This document shows positions 63,221 through 64,000 of a stretch of 64,000 nt of DNA, one piece after another. The stretch is from the NCBI GenBank assembly GCA_963815195.1, contig CAWFGE010000012.1:800001-864000 (forward strand). The letters run 5' to 3'. The translations under genes and the position numbers were made by a program. Below the pieces are notes generated by a model. That model had not been told where the DNA came from. It saw only the letters and a list, made by a program, of their open reading frames with translations, and searched no databases. Origin of the DNA: an uncultured Planctomycetaceae bacterium (GTDB lineage: Bacteria; Planctomycetota; Planctomycetia; Planctomycetales; Planctomycetaceae). Every line of letters begins with the position of its first letter. Position 1 is the first letter of the stretch.

Positions 63221-64000
63221 ATGTCACGCACGGAACTTCCCCTCCCCTCCCAATCTTTGGTGCAATCCGCCCGGAAACTGGCCCACGACAACGACGTGGA
63301 AGCCGTGGTGATGCTCTCCGCGCTGCCTTACGACTTCGCGGCGATTCGGGGCATTCTCAAGGACATCCGGCTCGTGGTGGCCACCGACAAATCCGATGTG
63401 ATGCGGGCCGCCAACGAGGATCAGGTGGACCTCGTGCCCTTGCTCCACGAACCCGAAACCCGCCAGGTCCAGCTCAGCCAGGCGTTGCTCGAAGCGATTG
63501 CCGACGAGCTGCTTCAAGGCGGGGCGCGGATTGTGGCGCTTTATACGCTGTTCGAGCGGGAGCACATCGACACGATCAGCCTCATCAACCTTGCGGAGCA
63601 TCTGGCGAAGTTGACGACCCGGGACCTCCGCCGGTTGGAAACCCAGGTGCCGCTTGAGACCTTGCGGATCGTGGTCGATCTGGCTGTCGAGATCGGCCGC
63701 GAAGGGCGGGAAGGCAAACCCGTGGGCACGCTGTTGATCGTGGGCGATCACCTCAAAGTCATGAAGCTTTCGCACGAGCAGGTGCACGATCCCTTCCGGG
63801 GCTACACGCAGAAGGAATGCCTGATCCGCAGCCCCCGCGTCAGGGAAAGCCTCAAGGAACTCGCCCAGATCGACGGGGCGTTTGTGATTTCCAACAAGGG
63901 CGTCGTCGTGGCGGCGGGACGGATTCTGGACGCCCCTGCGGAGGGCATCACGCTCTCGGCCGGCCTGGGAGCGAGACATTGGGCGGCGGCGGCGATTTCC
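63221..64000 (+). CDS. Diadenylate cyclase (DisA_N/DAC domain, DacZ-like), 3' end truncated by the window edge
   Basis: Not in the ORF track. Manual translation from ATG 63221 is open to the end: LAVEIGREGREGKPVGTL, KELAQIDGAFVI, GLGARHWAAAAIS. Confidence 0.88.
   Translation, partial: MSRTELPLPSQSLVQSARKLAHDNDVEAVVMLSALPYDFAAIRGILKDIRLVVATDKSDVMRAANEDQVDLVPLLHEPETRQVQLSQALLEAIADELLQGGARIVALYTLFEREHIDTISLINLAEHLAKLTTRDLRRLETQVPLETLRIVVDLAVEIGREGREGKPVGTLLIVGDHLKVMKLSHEQVHDPFRGYTQKECLIRSPRVRESLKELAQIDGAFVISNKGVVVAAGRILDAPAEGITLSAGLGARHWAAAAIS

Noticed and set aside
63145..63979. ORFs 63145..63657 (+) and 63224..63979 (-)
   Set aside because: They are shadows of the diadenylate cyclase frame that starts at 63221 and runs off the window.
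46659..64000. A single recently acquired archaeal island (fae, mtd, top6BA, dacZ-like)
   Set aside because: These genes are interleaved with bamA and other bacterial genes, have host-like composition, and show no mobility signatures.

Overview
This 64 kb window is GC-rich bacterial chromosome, very probably from a Planctomycetota member. The inference rests on fae plus an mtdC-like gene, PVC-type CxxCH proteins, topoisomerase VI and many lineage-typical hypothetical lipoproteins. It holds about 48 protein-coding genes. They cover central metabolism (PPi-PFK, HAD hydrolase, gnd, pckA, short LeuA-family synthase, phosphohexomutase, aspartate aminotransferase) and H4MPT-linked C1 metabolism (fae, mtd). 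They also cover the envelope (BamA, PspA operon, DUF11 cluster), signalling (FHA-GAF adenylate cyclase, PAS kinase, ECF/anti-sigma, Ser/Thr kinase, HDOD, DacZ-like diadenylate cyclase, Rrf2, PadR-like) and an archaeal-type top6BA pair. I found no rRNA, tRNA, CRISPR array or transposase, but the intergenic regions carry several REP/MITE-like palindrome families. About eight single-base frameshifts, mostly at short homopolymers, split or falsely fuse ORFs and look like sequencing errors. The strongest leads for new biology are: (1) an ECF sigma paired with a zinc-binding anti-sigma whose small extracytoplasmic tail ends in a CxxCH heme-type motif; (2) an AT-rich islet encoding DUF2934-like, DUF5678-like and apparently catalytically dead retropepsin-like proteins; (3) a three-gene cluster of two paralogous exported proteins plus a DUF11 lipoprotein; (4) a giant membrane protein-pspA operon that shares a bipartite upstream motif with a PhcB-like methyltransferase gene. 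All family names come from motif recognition by eye, not from database searches.
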